Part shown: positions 21,629 through 32,762 of the stretch, piece by piece | How positions within the stretch are numbered: the first letter of the stretch is position 1 | Layout: the number at the start of each line of letters is the position of its first letter | Origin: Rhodospirillales bacterium | GTDB taxonomy: Bacteria > Pseudomonadota > Alphaproteobacteria > Bin95 | DNA: 45,424 bases | Direction: 5' to 3' | Assembly: GCA_038143065.1 (NCBI GenBank) | Contig: JAYQLI010000013.1 | Span: forward strand, 1-45,424 | Notes under the pieces: model-generated | Seen by the model: only the letters and a program-made list of their open reading frames with translations | Databases searched by the model: none | Told to the model about the DNA's origin: nothing | Program-made: the position numbers and the translations under genes

Positions 21629-22419
21629 TTGTTAAAATCAAAAGCGAAATTATTACAACTTGTCGTAACGCTTAGCGCCTGTGCCTTCCTTTTGGTACCG
21701 ACAATTTTGTCCGTCATGGCCGGGCTCACAGCGAACTATTTTAAAGGCATTTCTTCCGGCCTCACTTTAAAATGGGTTTACCAAGTCTGGGAGCTTTATG
21801 CAGATAGCATTTTTCTATCCATCTGGTTGGCGCTTGCCTGCCTGATCTGCACGCTCCTCATTGGTCTGCCAGCAGCCTATGGGCTGGCCCGTCATCCCGG
21901 GTGGTTGTCGCGGCTATTGGAAGAATTTATCTCGCTGCCATTGGCCGTGCCCGGTTTGGCGCTTGCTTTGGCATTGCTGCAACTTTACGGCTCTATGAAA
22001 GGCTTTCGCGCCTCATGGGCGTTTATCTTGGTCGGGCATGTGCTATATACCCTGCCCTTTATGGTGCGTTCGATCCTGGCTGTTCTTGCTGCAATGGATT
22101 TGAAAACGCTTGAAGAAGGCGCTGCATCGCTAGGTGCTTCGCCCTGGCAAAGGTTTCGCGATATTGTTGTGCCCAATGCAATGCCGGGCATTCTGGCTGG
22201 TGCGCTGACGGTCGTCACCCTGTCTATTGGGGAGTTTAACCTCACTTGGATGCTGCACACGCCCTACCTCAAAACGCTTCCCGTGGGGCTTGCCGATAGC
22301 TATGCGTCTATGCGCCTGAAATTGCCTCGGCCTATACTCTCGTCTTTTTCGTAATGATCGTACCGCTTTTAATGGCCATGCAATGGGCATCAGCGCGCGC
22401 ACAAAGGATAACACAATGA
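21629..22419 (+). CDS. ABC transporter permease (frameshift near 22320)
   Basis: LEEGAASLGA; corrected frame ends at ATGA overlap with the ATPase. Confidence 0.85.
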
Positions 22420-23447
22420 CTTTGCGTTTAACCAATACTGCCAAAACCTACCCCGATGGTACTAAAGCATTGCTGCCGACCGAACTTTCAGTTGGAAAAG
22501 GTGAAATTGTTTCGCTTCTTGGCCTTCAGGTTGTGGCAAAACCACGTTGTTGCGGATTATAGCAGGGCTTGAGACGCCCGATGCAGGAAGCGATATTTGG
22601 TTTGACGATGACAATGTCACCGCCCTGTCCGTAGAGCGCCGGCAAGTTGGTATGGTCTTTCAATCCTACGCGTTATTTCCCAATATGTCAGTGCGCAAAA
22701 ATATCGGCTATGGGCTAAAAATGCAAAAACTGCCAAAGTCAGAGATCGATGCACGCGTCACCGAAGTCTTGAATATGTGCCAACTTCAGCCCTTTGCCAA
22801 TAGAGCGACCACGGCGCTATCCGGTGGCCAAAGACAGCGCGTTGCCTTAGCGCGCGCAATTGCACCGCGCCCAAGATTGCTATTGCTCGATGAGCCACTT
22901 TCGGCGTTGGATGCTTCTTTACGGGAAACTTTGCGGGATGAATTGGCCGTTCTGCTCCGCGAATTTAACATCACCGCGATCTTCGTGACGCATGACCAAG
23001 ATGAAGCGATGGCCATCGCGGATCGGGTGGCTGTCATGTCGCATGGGCGCGTTGTTCAAAGCGGCACACCTGAAGATCTTTATCGCAATCCAACGTCATC
23101 ATTTGTTGCTGGATTTGTAGGAAACGCCATGACGCTCAGTGGTAAAATAGACGGTAAGACCTTGCATTTAGAAGGAGGTCAATTGACCCTGCCAAAAAAG
23201 GTGATGGACATACTATATTCGTGCGCGGTGAAGATGTTCAAATTGTTGAAACTGGGCCACTCCAGGGAACGGTGGAAACCGTGACCTTTTTGGCACGCAC
23301 TACCGGATCGGCATATCAGGCATCACCTCTTACGTAATTGCCTCAATCCACTCGGGGCATCAGGCACCTAAAGTAGGGGAGAAGATTAACGTCGCGATCT
23401 CCCCAGAAGCATTGATGCTTTTGCCAAAAGAGGTAGCTACGGCATGA
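22416..23447 (+). CDS. ABC transporter ATP-binding protein, PotA/FbpC-like (frameshifted)
   Basis: Walker A SGCGKT, LSGGQRQR, LLLDEP, VTHDQDEA. Confidence 0.88.
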
Positions 23448-24253
23448 CACGAATTGTCCAGATTTCAGATCCACATATCGTGCCATTTGGACAGCTTGCA
23501 TATGGGCAAGTCGACACTGCAAAGGCGCTCGCTGATTGTGTTGAAACAATAAATCGAAGTTTAGCTGAGATTGGTCCGGTGGATATGGTTATCGTTACTG
23601 GTGATTTGACTGATTTTGGCACCGAAGAAGAGTATTTGAGATTTCGGTCTCTGATGGAGCCGCTCACATTGCCATATCGCGCGGTGCCGGGGAATCATGA
23701 TGATGTGGAGGTGATGCGGGCTTGCTTTTCTGATCAATCCTGGATGCCTTCGCAAGGCCCGATCAATTGGATTGAGCATTTTGATGGCCTTGCCTTGATC
23801 GGATTGGACAGCAGCGTGGCAGGGTCAGCTCACGGCCATTTAACCGATGAAACCCTAGTATTCCTGTCAAAAATGCTCAAGGCACAAAACGACAAGCCAA
23901 CTATCGTTACAATGCATCATCCACCAGTTGTAACAGGCATCGAGAAGATGGATATTCAAAATTTGCGCGAGAGCGCACAACTGGAAACGATCTTATCTGG
24001 CTATAAGGGCGCATTACGCCTGACCTGCGGCCATATACACCGCAATATTGTGGCGCCTTTTGGGAATGTGATTTGTCAAATTGCTCCGGGTGTTTCGCAT
24101 GCGGTTACGATGGACCTTCGAGCCGGCGCGCCCAATTGCCTGACCAAAGAGCCGGGTGGCTTTTTGTTGCACGACATAAGAGATGGAATCATGACCCATC
24201 ACATTTCGATAGGGAATTACCCTGGTCCCTTTTTATTTTACCCGGATAAATGA
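23444..24253 (+). CDS. Metallophosphodiesterase, GpdQ/CpdA(Icc)-like
   Basis: SDPH, TGDLTD, PGNHD, MHHPP, CGHIHR calcineurin-like motifs. Confidence 0.88.
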   Translation: MTRIVQISDPHIVPFGQLAYGQVDTAKALADCVETINRSLAEIGPVDMVIVTGDLTDFGTEEEYLRFRSLMEPLTLPYRAVPGNHDDVEVMRACFSDQSWMPSQGPINWIEHFDGLALIGLDSSVAGSAHGHLTDETLVFLSKMLKAQNDKPTIVTMHHPPVVTGIEKMDIQNLRESAQLETILSGYKGALRLTCGHIHRNIVAPFGNVICQIAPGVSHAVTMDLRAGAPNCLTKEPGGFLLHDIRDGIMTHHISIGNYPGPFLFYPDK

Positions 24254-24301
24254 TCAATATACTTGGTCATTCTAAAATATCTTTCTGTTCTTAATACATA
24301 A

Positions 24302-24334
24302 ATAAAAAACACCTTAGGAAAGGCTCCTAAGGCG
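24302..24334 (-). terminator. Hairpin/terminator on the minus strand
   Basis: CCTTAGGA-AAGGC-TCCTAAGG (24312-24332); minus strand continues TGTTTTTTATT. Confidence 0.6.
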
Positions 24335-24336
24335 GG

Positions 24337-24427
24337 GTTAAAGGATAAGCTGTAAGGGGTAATTCGTAAGACGTAATATGTAAGTCGTAATACTTAATTC
24401 GTAATATATAATATATAATACATAAGG
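24337..24427. repeat. Tandem array of 13 degenerate heptamers NNTAANN
   Basis: GTTAAAG GATAAGC TGTAAGG GGTAATT CGTAAGA CGTAATA TGTAAGT CGTAATA CTTAATT CGTAATA TATAATA TATAATA CATAAGG. Confidence 0.85.
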
Positions 24428-24687
24428 GTTTGGGTGTTCCCCAACACCCATTGTCGTCAGCTTAGAACAAACTACAATACAATTTATTCTTTATCGTCTG
24501 CTATCGACGCGCCCGAAGATAGAGGGTGTCTTTATTTCCATAGCTTTGGGATATTTTTTCTATGTCTTTAGGGTTGCTCTCTGATGCTCTCTTTAAGCAC
24601 TTCCTTTTTTGATACTCACCTTATGGTTAGCCTTTGACTATAAACGTCTCCTCGTGCCACTCCTAGGGCACTCTGATATGGCTCCCT

Positions 24688-24790
24688 TAAGTCCACACCT
24701 TTTCCATATGCTCTTTTGGGATATTTTTTTCGCATGACATGTAGTGCACAGTTTTTATCGCAGTTTGAAGCGACTGTGTTTGAACCATGT
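24688..24790 (-). pseudogene. Degenerate copy of the 3' end of the integrase at 25641-26400
   Basis: CCACACCTTTTCCATATGCTCT..CATGAC..GCGACTGTGTTTGAACCATG versus 25644-25723; encodes HGSNTVA..VMR..HMEKVWT*. Confidence 0.8.
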
Positions 24791-24877
24791 ACTATGGTGA
24801 TTATGCATCTGCATAGTCTCAATTAAATCTTACGGTCTTGGATTTTTAATTTAGCGGCTTACTTATGCGTCACTCAT

Positions 24878-25638
24878 ATGAGAGACGAAAGGGTGGATAA
24901 AGTGTTATTACGTTTGATTGGTGTGGTGTCGATCTGTTTTGGCAGTGGTTTGTTAGCAGAGACTTCCTCGAACTTTTCTGTCGGTGCTGCCTACATAAAT
25001 AGTAACTCCATTTACACTGGAGTTGGCTCAACTTCACGGTTTATGCCCTCGATCGCATATGAGAATGATAAAGTGAAAGTGGGGTTGCGAGAAGGTGTGT
25101 CTTATCAATTCATAGACAATGAGGCCTTTAATATGAGTGCAGCTATCGCTCCCAATTTCCGTCCCTATGATAGCTCAGACTCAACCACACTTTCAGGAAT
25201 GGATCGCAAAATGACATTCGATGGAGTGATCATGGGTTCGGTAGATATCATTCGGGGTTCCACGCTCAAGCTGAAAATGGCAAGCGAAGTTACCAATGAA
25301 TTTAATGGTACAATCGTTGATCTCGCATTCAGTCAGTTCATTCCAATTGGTGGACAGCCCGTAATATTCTCACTGGGATCGAAAAACTATGATAGCAACC
25401 GTTCAGAATACTTTTTGGCGTGAAATCATCTGAGGCTGTAGTGGGCAGGGCGGCATATGATCCTGGCCCGGTGGCAATAACTTACCTCTCTGTGAATACG
25501 TTTTTCAATATCACCCCTGATATTGGTGCTTTTGCGAACATCACCACAAATTTTTTACCTAGTAAGGCAAAAAATAGCCCAATTATAACCAAAGGTTCAA
25601 ATACAGCAGCAATTTTAGGGCTTTCTTACAGCTTCTGA
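24878..25638 (+). CDS. MipA/OmpV-family outer-membrane protein (frameshift near 25415)
   Basis: Signal peptide, VGAAY..SIYTG, LSGMDRK, YFGV..SEA....AYDP, NSPI, C-terminal LSYSF beta-barrel signal. Confidence 0.75.
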
Positions 25639-25640
25639 AA

Positions 25641-26400
25641 CTACCACACCTTCTCCATATGCTCTCTCATGACGTCTAGGGGTAGCCTGAGCCATAGTTC
25701 GCAGCGACTGTGTTAGAACCATGCCCTAGTATGGCCATGGAGATGGCCTCCGGGCAGCCTGTATTTCTCAGCTTGTCCTTCATGCGGTGGCGTAGCGAAT
25801 GCATGGTGAGTTTCTTATCTGTGATTATGGTTCTGAGGCGCTTCATCAGCATGGCTGAGCAGTTATCCCCTCCACGCTCCTTTGCGTATCGGGGAAAGAG
25901 AGGTGCCTCAGGATCTTTGCCTTGGGATACTTCCTCAAGGGCTTTGATAGCCTCTGGCGAGAGTGGTACAGAGCGGTGCGAGTTATTGGTTTTTAGCGTT
26001 CTCCAAGGGGTAGGGGATATGATTAAACATTCTTTGTCAGTGTCACAGTCTTTGACCCTCAGGCCTGCTATTTCTGATACTCTGCAACCCGTATCTCTCA
26101 GACAAACAAACAGCGCCCAAGCTGTTGTATCATTCGAGTAAGCTGTCTCTAAATTAACGATCTGAGTATCACTCAGCGGTAGCCTATCTAGCTTACTTGC
26201 ACCCGCACCTTTAATGCGAAGGTTGGTAAAGACATTGGGGATGTTGAGACTGTGCTCCACGATTGCATGGTTAATAGCCGTTCTCACAACCCCCAGCATT
26301 CTAACAGCGCTATTGGCAGACACACGGCTTAGTAGGTGATCCCTTAGATCATTGGCATTTTGCCTGCTGATATCACTAAGCGAGACAGAGTTCTCGAAAC
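25641..26400 (-). pseudogene. Tyrosine recombinase/integrase, N-terminally truncated
   Basis: TGCRVSEI, LKT..S.R.VP, HSLRH, ILGH, NYGSGY then LDVMREHMEKVW*; frame open upstream only to about 26400 with no evident start. Confidence 0.8.
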
Positions 26401-26808
26401 CTGTGTTCTGAGGCCGCCTCCCAAAGGAAATTCGAATGCTCGTTTTGGGCGGAAAGTGCTATTCCGTAAGGTGCGCGCTAACTGCGTGCTGCCGCCATTC
26501 GTTCTCGATGCAGCACCCGAAACAAGACGAAGCTAGCATTCGGCAGGATCGCATTAAGTTTAGCTTTTATGAAATAGGATGCTCACCGTTAAGTTGGACA
26601 CTTTCCCCAAGTGCAGACCTTTTATTTCGAGCTCAGATTGTGGATTCGGTTGAAAATTGACTGTTTTCCACAACCATACTGGCTCGTTCTATGCGAGCGT
26701 TACCAGATACAAGACCAATGACCCACCCGATAGCAAATCCCTCGTTCTGCGTGTTTACACCGCGCGCTGCTAGTAACGCTACTAAGGATGAACCTTGTCA
26801 ACAAACTC

Positions 26809-27614
26809 TTACTCCGCGGTCCAACCACCATCAAGCATCAAGGCGCCTCCTGTCATGAGCGCAGCTGCATCCGAGGCAAGAAAGACCGCGGCGCCTGAAA
26901 CGTCTTCCACTTTACCGAGGCGGCCCAGCTTGATCTTTGAAAGAACTTCCTCACGGAAATCTTTGTCCTCAAAGAATGGTTTGGTCAAAGGCGTTTCAAT
27001 GAATGTCGGGCAGATCGTATTGACCCTGATACTGCAGCCGCCCAGCTCAATAGCAAGCGCCTTGGTAAAACCTTCGATAGCCCATTTCGAGGCGCAATAA
27101 AGCGTCCGGTTCTTTGCACCAACATGCCCCATCTGCGATGACATGTTGATGATAGAACCTACTGTTCCATCCCGTACCATCCTGTTGATGACTGCGCGAG
27201 CGCAGAAAATAGAAGCCTTGACATTCAGATCCATGATCGCGTCAAGTCATCCTCCGTTACATCCGCCAGTGGCATGGGACGGTTTGTCCCAGCGTTGTTT
27301 ACGAAGATATCCAAACCGGGAAGCGTATCAACGGCCCGCTCAACGGCGGCTATATCGGTCACGTCAAGCACGAGCGCTTGCGCTTTTTCACCTTGAGCGC
27401 GCAAATCTCCGGCGGCGGCTTCGACTTCAGAACCCGTGCGTGCACACAAAAAGACTTCGGCACCGGCGGCGGCGTAGGCCTGGGCGATGGCCAGCCCGAT
27501 GCCGCGCCCTGCCCCAGTGACCAACGCGCGCTTGCCATCAAGGCGGAAGCTATCAACATCGGCATTGGAGGTGCCTACAACTTGGCTGTTGTGGGTATGT
27601 TGAAGCTTGGACAC
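26809..27614 (-). CDS. Short-chain dehydrogenase/reductase (frameshift near 27240)
   Basis: TGAGRGIG, NNAGTN, SSQMGHVG, YCASK, DGGWTA. Confidence 0.88.
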
Positions 27615-27667
27615 AGTTTTGCCTTTCAAATTCGGAGCTCTGGAAGAACGTTGAGGTACACTTAATC

Positions 27668-28606
27668 CTAAAGCGATTGTGATTTCTTAAATGCAGCCAG
27701 CCGACCGAGCATTGTGTCGCGCCAGGCGCGGCGGGCCGCGAGGTCCGACGCATCCAGAATTGAGCGCCGTTCATCTGTTGCTTTCTGGATGACCTCATCT
27801 GACCAACCGCGCGGTTCCCGAACCATGCCGGTATAGAGATCGCGGAGCCGGTATGCATAGTCTTCAATGCCGCCTGGTGCATTCAGATCGATTGTCTCAA
27901 ATGGTCCCATGAAAGCCCAGCGCGACCCCAGGCCATGCGAGATCGCCACATCAATATCGGCAATGCTGGCAATACGGTCTTCGTACAGGGCCCATGCTTC
28001 GTTCAGCATAACGCCTTGAAGCCGGTTCATAACAAAGCCGTCGTTTTCCTGTGTCAGACGCAGCGGATTCTGGCGGACCTCGTTCATCAATTTGGCCTCA
28101 AACTCCACGACACCTTCGTCGGTCCAGGGCGCCGGAACCAGTTCGACAACCGGAATCAGGTGCGGCGGGTTCACCGGATGCGCGATAATGAAGCGCCCCC
28201 TGTTCTTACACCCTTGGGTGAAGTGAGACGCCGGGATGCCCGATGAGGACGATCCGACAATCACACCCTCGCCAAGCAACGCATCAATTGAAAGGCTGAC
28301 CTCTGTCTTGCACTCGACTGTCTCAAAAACAGACTCCTGCACATAAACGGCGCCGTCGAGCGCGTCTTCCAGAGTGTCGAAAACAGTTATGCGCGTAAGG
28401 ATTTTCTTGGGGTCCTCGTCAAATTCAATCTGGGCCATCTCGTCCAGACTGTTCCTAGCCCAACTCAAGACACGCGCACGGACTTCTTCAGACGGGTCAA
28501 AGACACGGACAGTATGACCTGCCCTTGCGAAAACCAGCGCCCAGCCAGAGCCGATAAGCCCGGCACCAACGATCGCAATCTTTAGCTTTGATTGACTTTC
28601 TTCCAT
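27668..28606 (-). CDS. 3-hydroxyacid dehydrogenase, L-gulonate 3-dehydrogenase-like (second paralog)
   Basis: VGAGLIGSGW, VQESVFE, HPVNPPHLIPVVE, GFVMNRLQ, RWAFMGPFETIDLNAPGG. Confidence 0.82.
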   Translation of the reverse strand: MEESQSKLKIAIVGAGLIGSGWALVFARAGHTVRVFDPSEEVRARVLSWARNSLDEMAQIEFDEDPKKILTRITVFDTLEDALDGAVYVQESVFETVECKTEVSLSIDALLGEGVIVGSSSSGIPASHFTQGCKNRGRFIIAHPVNPPHLIPVVELVPAPWTDEGVVEFEAKLMNEVRQNPLRLTQENDGFVMNRLQGVMLNEAWALYEDRIASIADIDVAISHGLGSRWAFMGPFETIDLNAPGGIEDYAYRLRDLYTGMVREPRGWSDEVIQKATDERRSILDASDLAARRAWRDTMLGRLAAFKKSQSL

Positions 28607-28684
28607 TTTTTCTCCAAGTGGCTCCGCTCTGAGGTCATGATCATTCGAGTCTGTTGTTCCAGTGTTGTCGAACTTTGCGCCGGA

Positions 28685-29961
28685 TCAGTTGAAGACCAGG
28701 TCTGGCAACCAGAGCACAAGATCGGGACGGCCGTGATCAGCAGCAGGACAAAAAGCATCGGAAGGTAGAACGGCAGAATGTCCTTAACGACGTGCTCGAA
28801 CTTTTCGCCAGAGACATCCCCTACGACGTAAAGCACCAGCCCCATAGGCGGGGTGACGAGGCCCATCATCAAGTTGAACACCATAATCACACCGAAATGC
28901 ACCGTATCGATCCCTGCGTATCCGATTACTGGGACCAGCACCGGGGTGAGCACAATCAAGACAGAGATAGGTTCAAGCACGCAGCCGATTAGCAAAAGCA
29001 GGACATTCAGCGCGATGAGCAACATCAGGGGCGACAACTCCATCTCCATCAACCAGTTGGCCAGCTGTCCTGACACGCCCTCGCGCGCTAAAATCCAGCC
29101 AAAAACGCCTGCGACCGCCACAACAAACAGAACGTTGCCAGAGAGCAGCATGCTCTGCAAAAGCGCGCCGCGGAAGCGCTTCATTGTAAGCCCGCGCAGG
29201 ATGAATGCGCCCACAATCGTGGCATAAACCGCCGCCACTGCCGCCGCTTCTGTCGGGGTGAAGACGCCGGCGGTAATGCCAATCAGAATGATGGCGGGCA
29301 TCATAAGCGCGAGGAGACCGGCGGGCAAATGGGTGCGAAGTTCAGTTAAAGTACCGCGCGGGTAAACCTTGACGTCTCGTGTCTGGGGCATGAAACGCAA
29401 CATCACCATCATCAAGAGGCCCAGCAGAAAGCCGGGAACCGCACCAGCAAGAAACAGACGTCCAACCGATTCTTCGGCGATAACAGCAAAGATCACCATC
29501 GGAATTGAGGGCGGAATAATCGGCCCGATAGTCGAGGACGCAGCCGTAACTGCAGCGGCGAAAGATCCGGTGTAGCCGTCTTTTTTCATCGGCCCGATCA
29601 GGACCGACCCGAGCCCACCTGCATCTGCAACGGCCGATCCGGACATGCCGGCAAAGATGATGCTTGCGGCGACGTTGACCTGCGCCAAGCCTCCGCGCAT
29701 ATGCCCAACCAGGCAGCGGGTAAATGCGATCAGTTTCTCCGTCAGCCCGCTATTGTTCATCACCTGACCGGCGATGATAAAAAATGGAACGGCCATCACC
29801 GTGAACGAATTCACCGAGCCGGACAATCGTGCAATGGCCGAAGACAGAGGGATATCGTTGATGAAAAGGTAAAGCAGCGACGGCACCAGGACCGCAATCG
29901 AGACCGGAAGGCCAATTGCCATGAGTACGGCCAAAACAATAAGTATCATCCCGACGGTCAT
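28685..29961 (-). CDS. TRAP transporter large permease DctM (3' frameshift)
   Basis: AVPFFIIAG, FAGMSGSAVADA, IIPPSIP, TPTEAA, TPPMG. Confidence 0.88.
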
Positions 29962-30469
29962 AGGTATTTCTCCATATCACTTTCATTGCCGGGGTGACGG
30001 GCAGAAGCAATCCAATCCGGAACAACCACAAGGCTGAGAACCGAGCAGATAACGATTGGCAGCGTGAAGAGACCCATCGGCCAAAGCAGGCCGGGACTGG
30101 TCTGGCGCCAGGTGGCCTGGACCTGCCCCAGACCGACCCAGAACAGTGTAAGGAATGCTGCGACAGAGACCGCAATTTGCAGATAAGAAACAATGCGGTG
30201 CAAGCGCGGCGGCATTGCAAGATGGAAGAAGTCAATATTTATCAATCGTCCGAATGAGATAAGGATCGGCACCGCCAGAAAAGTTACCCAGATACGAGAA
30301 AGCGGGCGAATTCCTCAGTCCACCGAACCGAGAACCCACCGATCCGAGCCGCGATCTGGTAAAGAACCACAAGCGTCATCGCGATGGCGATTAAAATCAG
30401 AAGATGTTTTTGTAGCCGGATCATTATAGCCCGTGCCCGGGCAAAATTGCTGATGGCAGGACGGGTCAT
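29958..30469 (-). CDS. TRAP transporter small permease DctQ (frameshifted)
   Basis: WTEEFAR, INIDF, QTSPGL across two ORFs. Confidence 0.8.
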
Positions 30470-31482
30470 AGTGCTGTCTTCCTATTATTCCGGCGAGCCT
30501 GCGCCAGATCAGCTGTATGGTCGTACGTCGCCCCCAGCGCGCCGTAGTCGGCAATATCCTTGCCCGCGATGTCGAGCGCAGATCCATGCCCAACCGATGT
30601 GCGGATAAAGGGCAGGCCAAAGGTCAATGTGGTGGTTTCATTCATGTTCATCCGCGCTACCACTTGGTCATGATAAAGAGCCAGCGTCAGGTCATAGTCC
30701 CGACCGTTATAAGGTGGAGAGATCAAAGCGTTGACCGGGAACGGACCATCGACCGCAATTCCCTCAGCCCGCGCCTCGGCAATGGCCGGTTTCATCTCAT
30801 CTATCTCTTCGCGCCCCCATGGTGCCGAATTCACCGGCATGAGGATTGAGGGAGGCAACCGCTAGCCGGAGATCGGGCGCGCCTAGCTCGCACCGTTTTT
30901 CGTGCAGGTATCGGATTTTCTTCAGAAGGTTATCTTTGGTCACCGCGCGACAAGCTTCGATCAACGGCGTGTGGGTGGTAAACAGCGCTGCCTTGAAATT
31001 ACGCCAGATCAGGATTGTAGAAAACGCCACATCACCGGCGAGCTCTGCGAAATATTCAGCCTGACCCGGATAATCATAGCCGGCCATCTTGGCGCTGGCT
31101 TTGGTGACGGGCGAGGTGACAAGACCGTCGATTTTGTCGGCCATGGCAAGCTCTGCGCCTTGTCGGTTATAAAGCATCGAAGCCTTACCGGCGTCGCGCG
31201 AAACCTCTCCGGGCTTGACCACCGTGGCATCGAATGTGCCGGGGTCGTAGACGTCAATGCCGCCCGCGCTCAGCGCCTCACGGTCAAGTATGCTGTGGCG
31301 CCGGATCTCAAGATCAAGCCCCCGCCGGCGGGACGTTGCTTCAATCGTCGCTGCGCATCCGATCAGGATGGGGCGTATTTTTTGTCGTTGCATCTTTCCG
31401 CCAAAAGCGCAGTGGTTATTTCCGGACCAATGCCGGCCGGATCACCCATTGTTAGGCCGATCACGAGGGTTTCGTCAGACAT
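30466..31482 (-). CDS. PdxA-family dehydrogenase, PdxA2-type (acid sugar 4-phosphate) (frameshifts)
   Basis: TMGDPAGIGPE, TSPVTK, YPGQAE, TTH, LNPHAGE, YHDQ, GLPFIRTSVGHGSALDIAGK; adjacent to DUF1537 kinase. Confidence 0.85.
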
Positions 31483-32691
31483 TCAATTAACTCCTTGTTT
31501 CAGCTCTTGGGTCGAATGTGTTTTTTGCAACCAGCGGATTGCGCGCAAAAAAGCTTCTGCTTCTCCCCAGTTTCCGGCCTTGGTAACCAACGGCAATAAA
31601 CGTCCCCCGATATCTTCAGCGAGCCCAGCGGCAACCCCGTCGTTGAGGTGTTCCACCTGATGCAGTGCTACGACTTCCAGCACATCGCGCGCTACGATCC
31701 CGGCGGTCGTGCCGCCTGCAACGATCAGCCCGCACATTTGGTTTCGGTATTCGTTAAAAATCGCATGTGCCGACTGGCCCAGCGCGACCTCGATCCCAGC
31801 GCGCACGTCAGCGTCAAGAAACGGGTAGCGCGTTGTATCGGTTGGATTTACCACTGAAGAGGAAGCGGCGAGCACGGCATGATATCCGTCGCACAGCGCC
31901 TGTCCTACCTCGCGAACGGTGGCGCAGACGTCATCCGCCTCGCCCGTTGTGGGAAGTTCGATCAGTCGCGTAGTTCCTGTTGCCAACAAGGTTTCGGCTT
32001 GCTTGCGTGAGCGCGCCTGAAAGCTGCCAAGCAGAATAAGCGCTGGCTTGGCATCTCGCGTCTCCGTTGCCCACATGTGCCGGGCGATGGCCTTGGCTAG
32101 GCCCACTGACCCAGCAACAAGCCGTTTGTCGGCGGCGCTGGCGCGGCGCACTGCGACATCAAGGTCCGCGTCGTTTTCTGCGTCTGCGACGGTAATAAGT
32201 GGTTGTCCGGGAGAGATAGGAGCAGGACTTGTGACATCTGCGATGGCCACCGAATTGTCCGTGGACCAAAGATCCGCCACACGGACGTGAGTTTGGGGGT
32301 CATCCGCCACTGGACGATGGACACCGTCTATGGTGAATCGCCTCAGCGAGGGACATGCGGGTGCAAACAGCACATTTTTTGCCTTGAGCAACACGGCAAT
32401 TGCCGAAAGCTCGGCAGCGATATAGCCTTGCAGTGCAGAGTCGCCTTGCTTGAACAACCAGTGAGGGTTGAATTTTGCAAGCGCTTCAGCCGCCTCGCGC
32501 GCTGCCGTCGCCGCCGTATCAGATTTCAGAGCACGGGAATTCGTGTCGATCCCAACAATGTCGTAGCGGTCCGCCAACGCAGATACTGCAGAAACGTTAA
32601 GTGCGATGCCGACGGAAAAACCGTGGCGTTCAAATTCACTGGCGACGGCGGCAAGCCCAGTCAAGTCATCTGCAATTAGCCCGACACGCAT
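31483..32691 (-). CDS. Four-carbon acid sugar kinase family (DUF1537)
   Basis: IADDLTG, DTNSR, FKQGDSALQG, APACP...R, GSVGLA, AGGTTA, VTKAGNWG. Confidence 0.85.
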   Translation of the reverse strand: MRVGLIADDLTGLAAVASEFERHGFSVGIALNVSAVSALADRYDIVGIDTNSRALKSDTAATAAREAAEALAKFNPHWLFKQGDSALQGYIAAELSAIAVLLKAKNVLFAPACPSLRRFTIDGVHRPVADDPQTHVRVADLWSTDNSVAIADVTSPAPISPGQPLITVADAENDADLDVAVRRASAADKRLVAGSVGLAKAIARHMWATETRDAKPALILLGSFQARSRKQAETLLATGTTRLIELPTTGEADDVCATVREVGQALCDGYHAVLAASSSVVNPTDTTRYPFLDADVRAGIEVALGQSAHAIFNEYRNQMCGLIVAGGTTAGIVARDVLEVVALHQVEHLNDGVAAGLAEDIGGRLLPLVTKAGNWGEAEAFLRAIRWLQKTHSTQELKQGVN

Positions 32692-32762
32692 GGAACGTTA
32701 TCCTTGTTTCAAGAGTATCCCGGCGCACAACAGAACGCGCGCCGGGAATGATCAGCAATCGC

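Noticed and set aside
24337-24427. CRISPR array
   Set aside because: 7-bp period without spacers; no cas genes in the window.
26436-26660. 74-aa ORF upstream of the truncated integrase
   Set aside because: Runs through degenerate junction-repeat DNA; no RBS or motif recognised.
30466-31482. Vitamin B6 biosynthesis pdxA
   Set aside because: Context with a DUF1537 kinase and TRAP transporter indicates the catabolic PdxA2 type.
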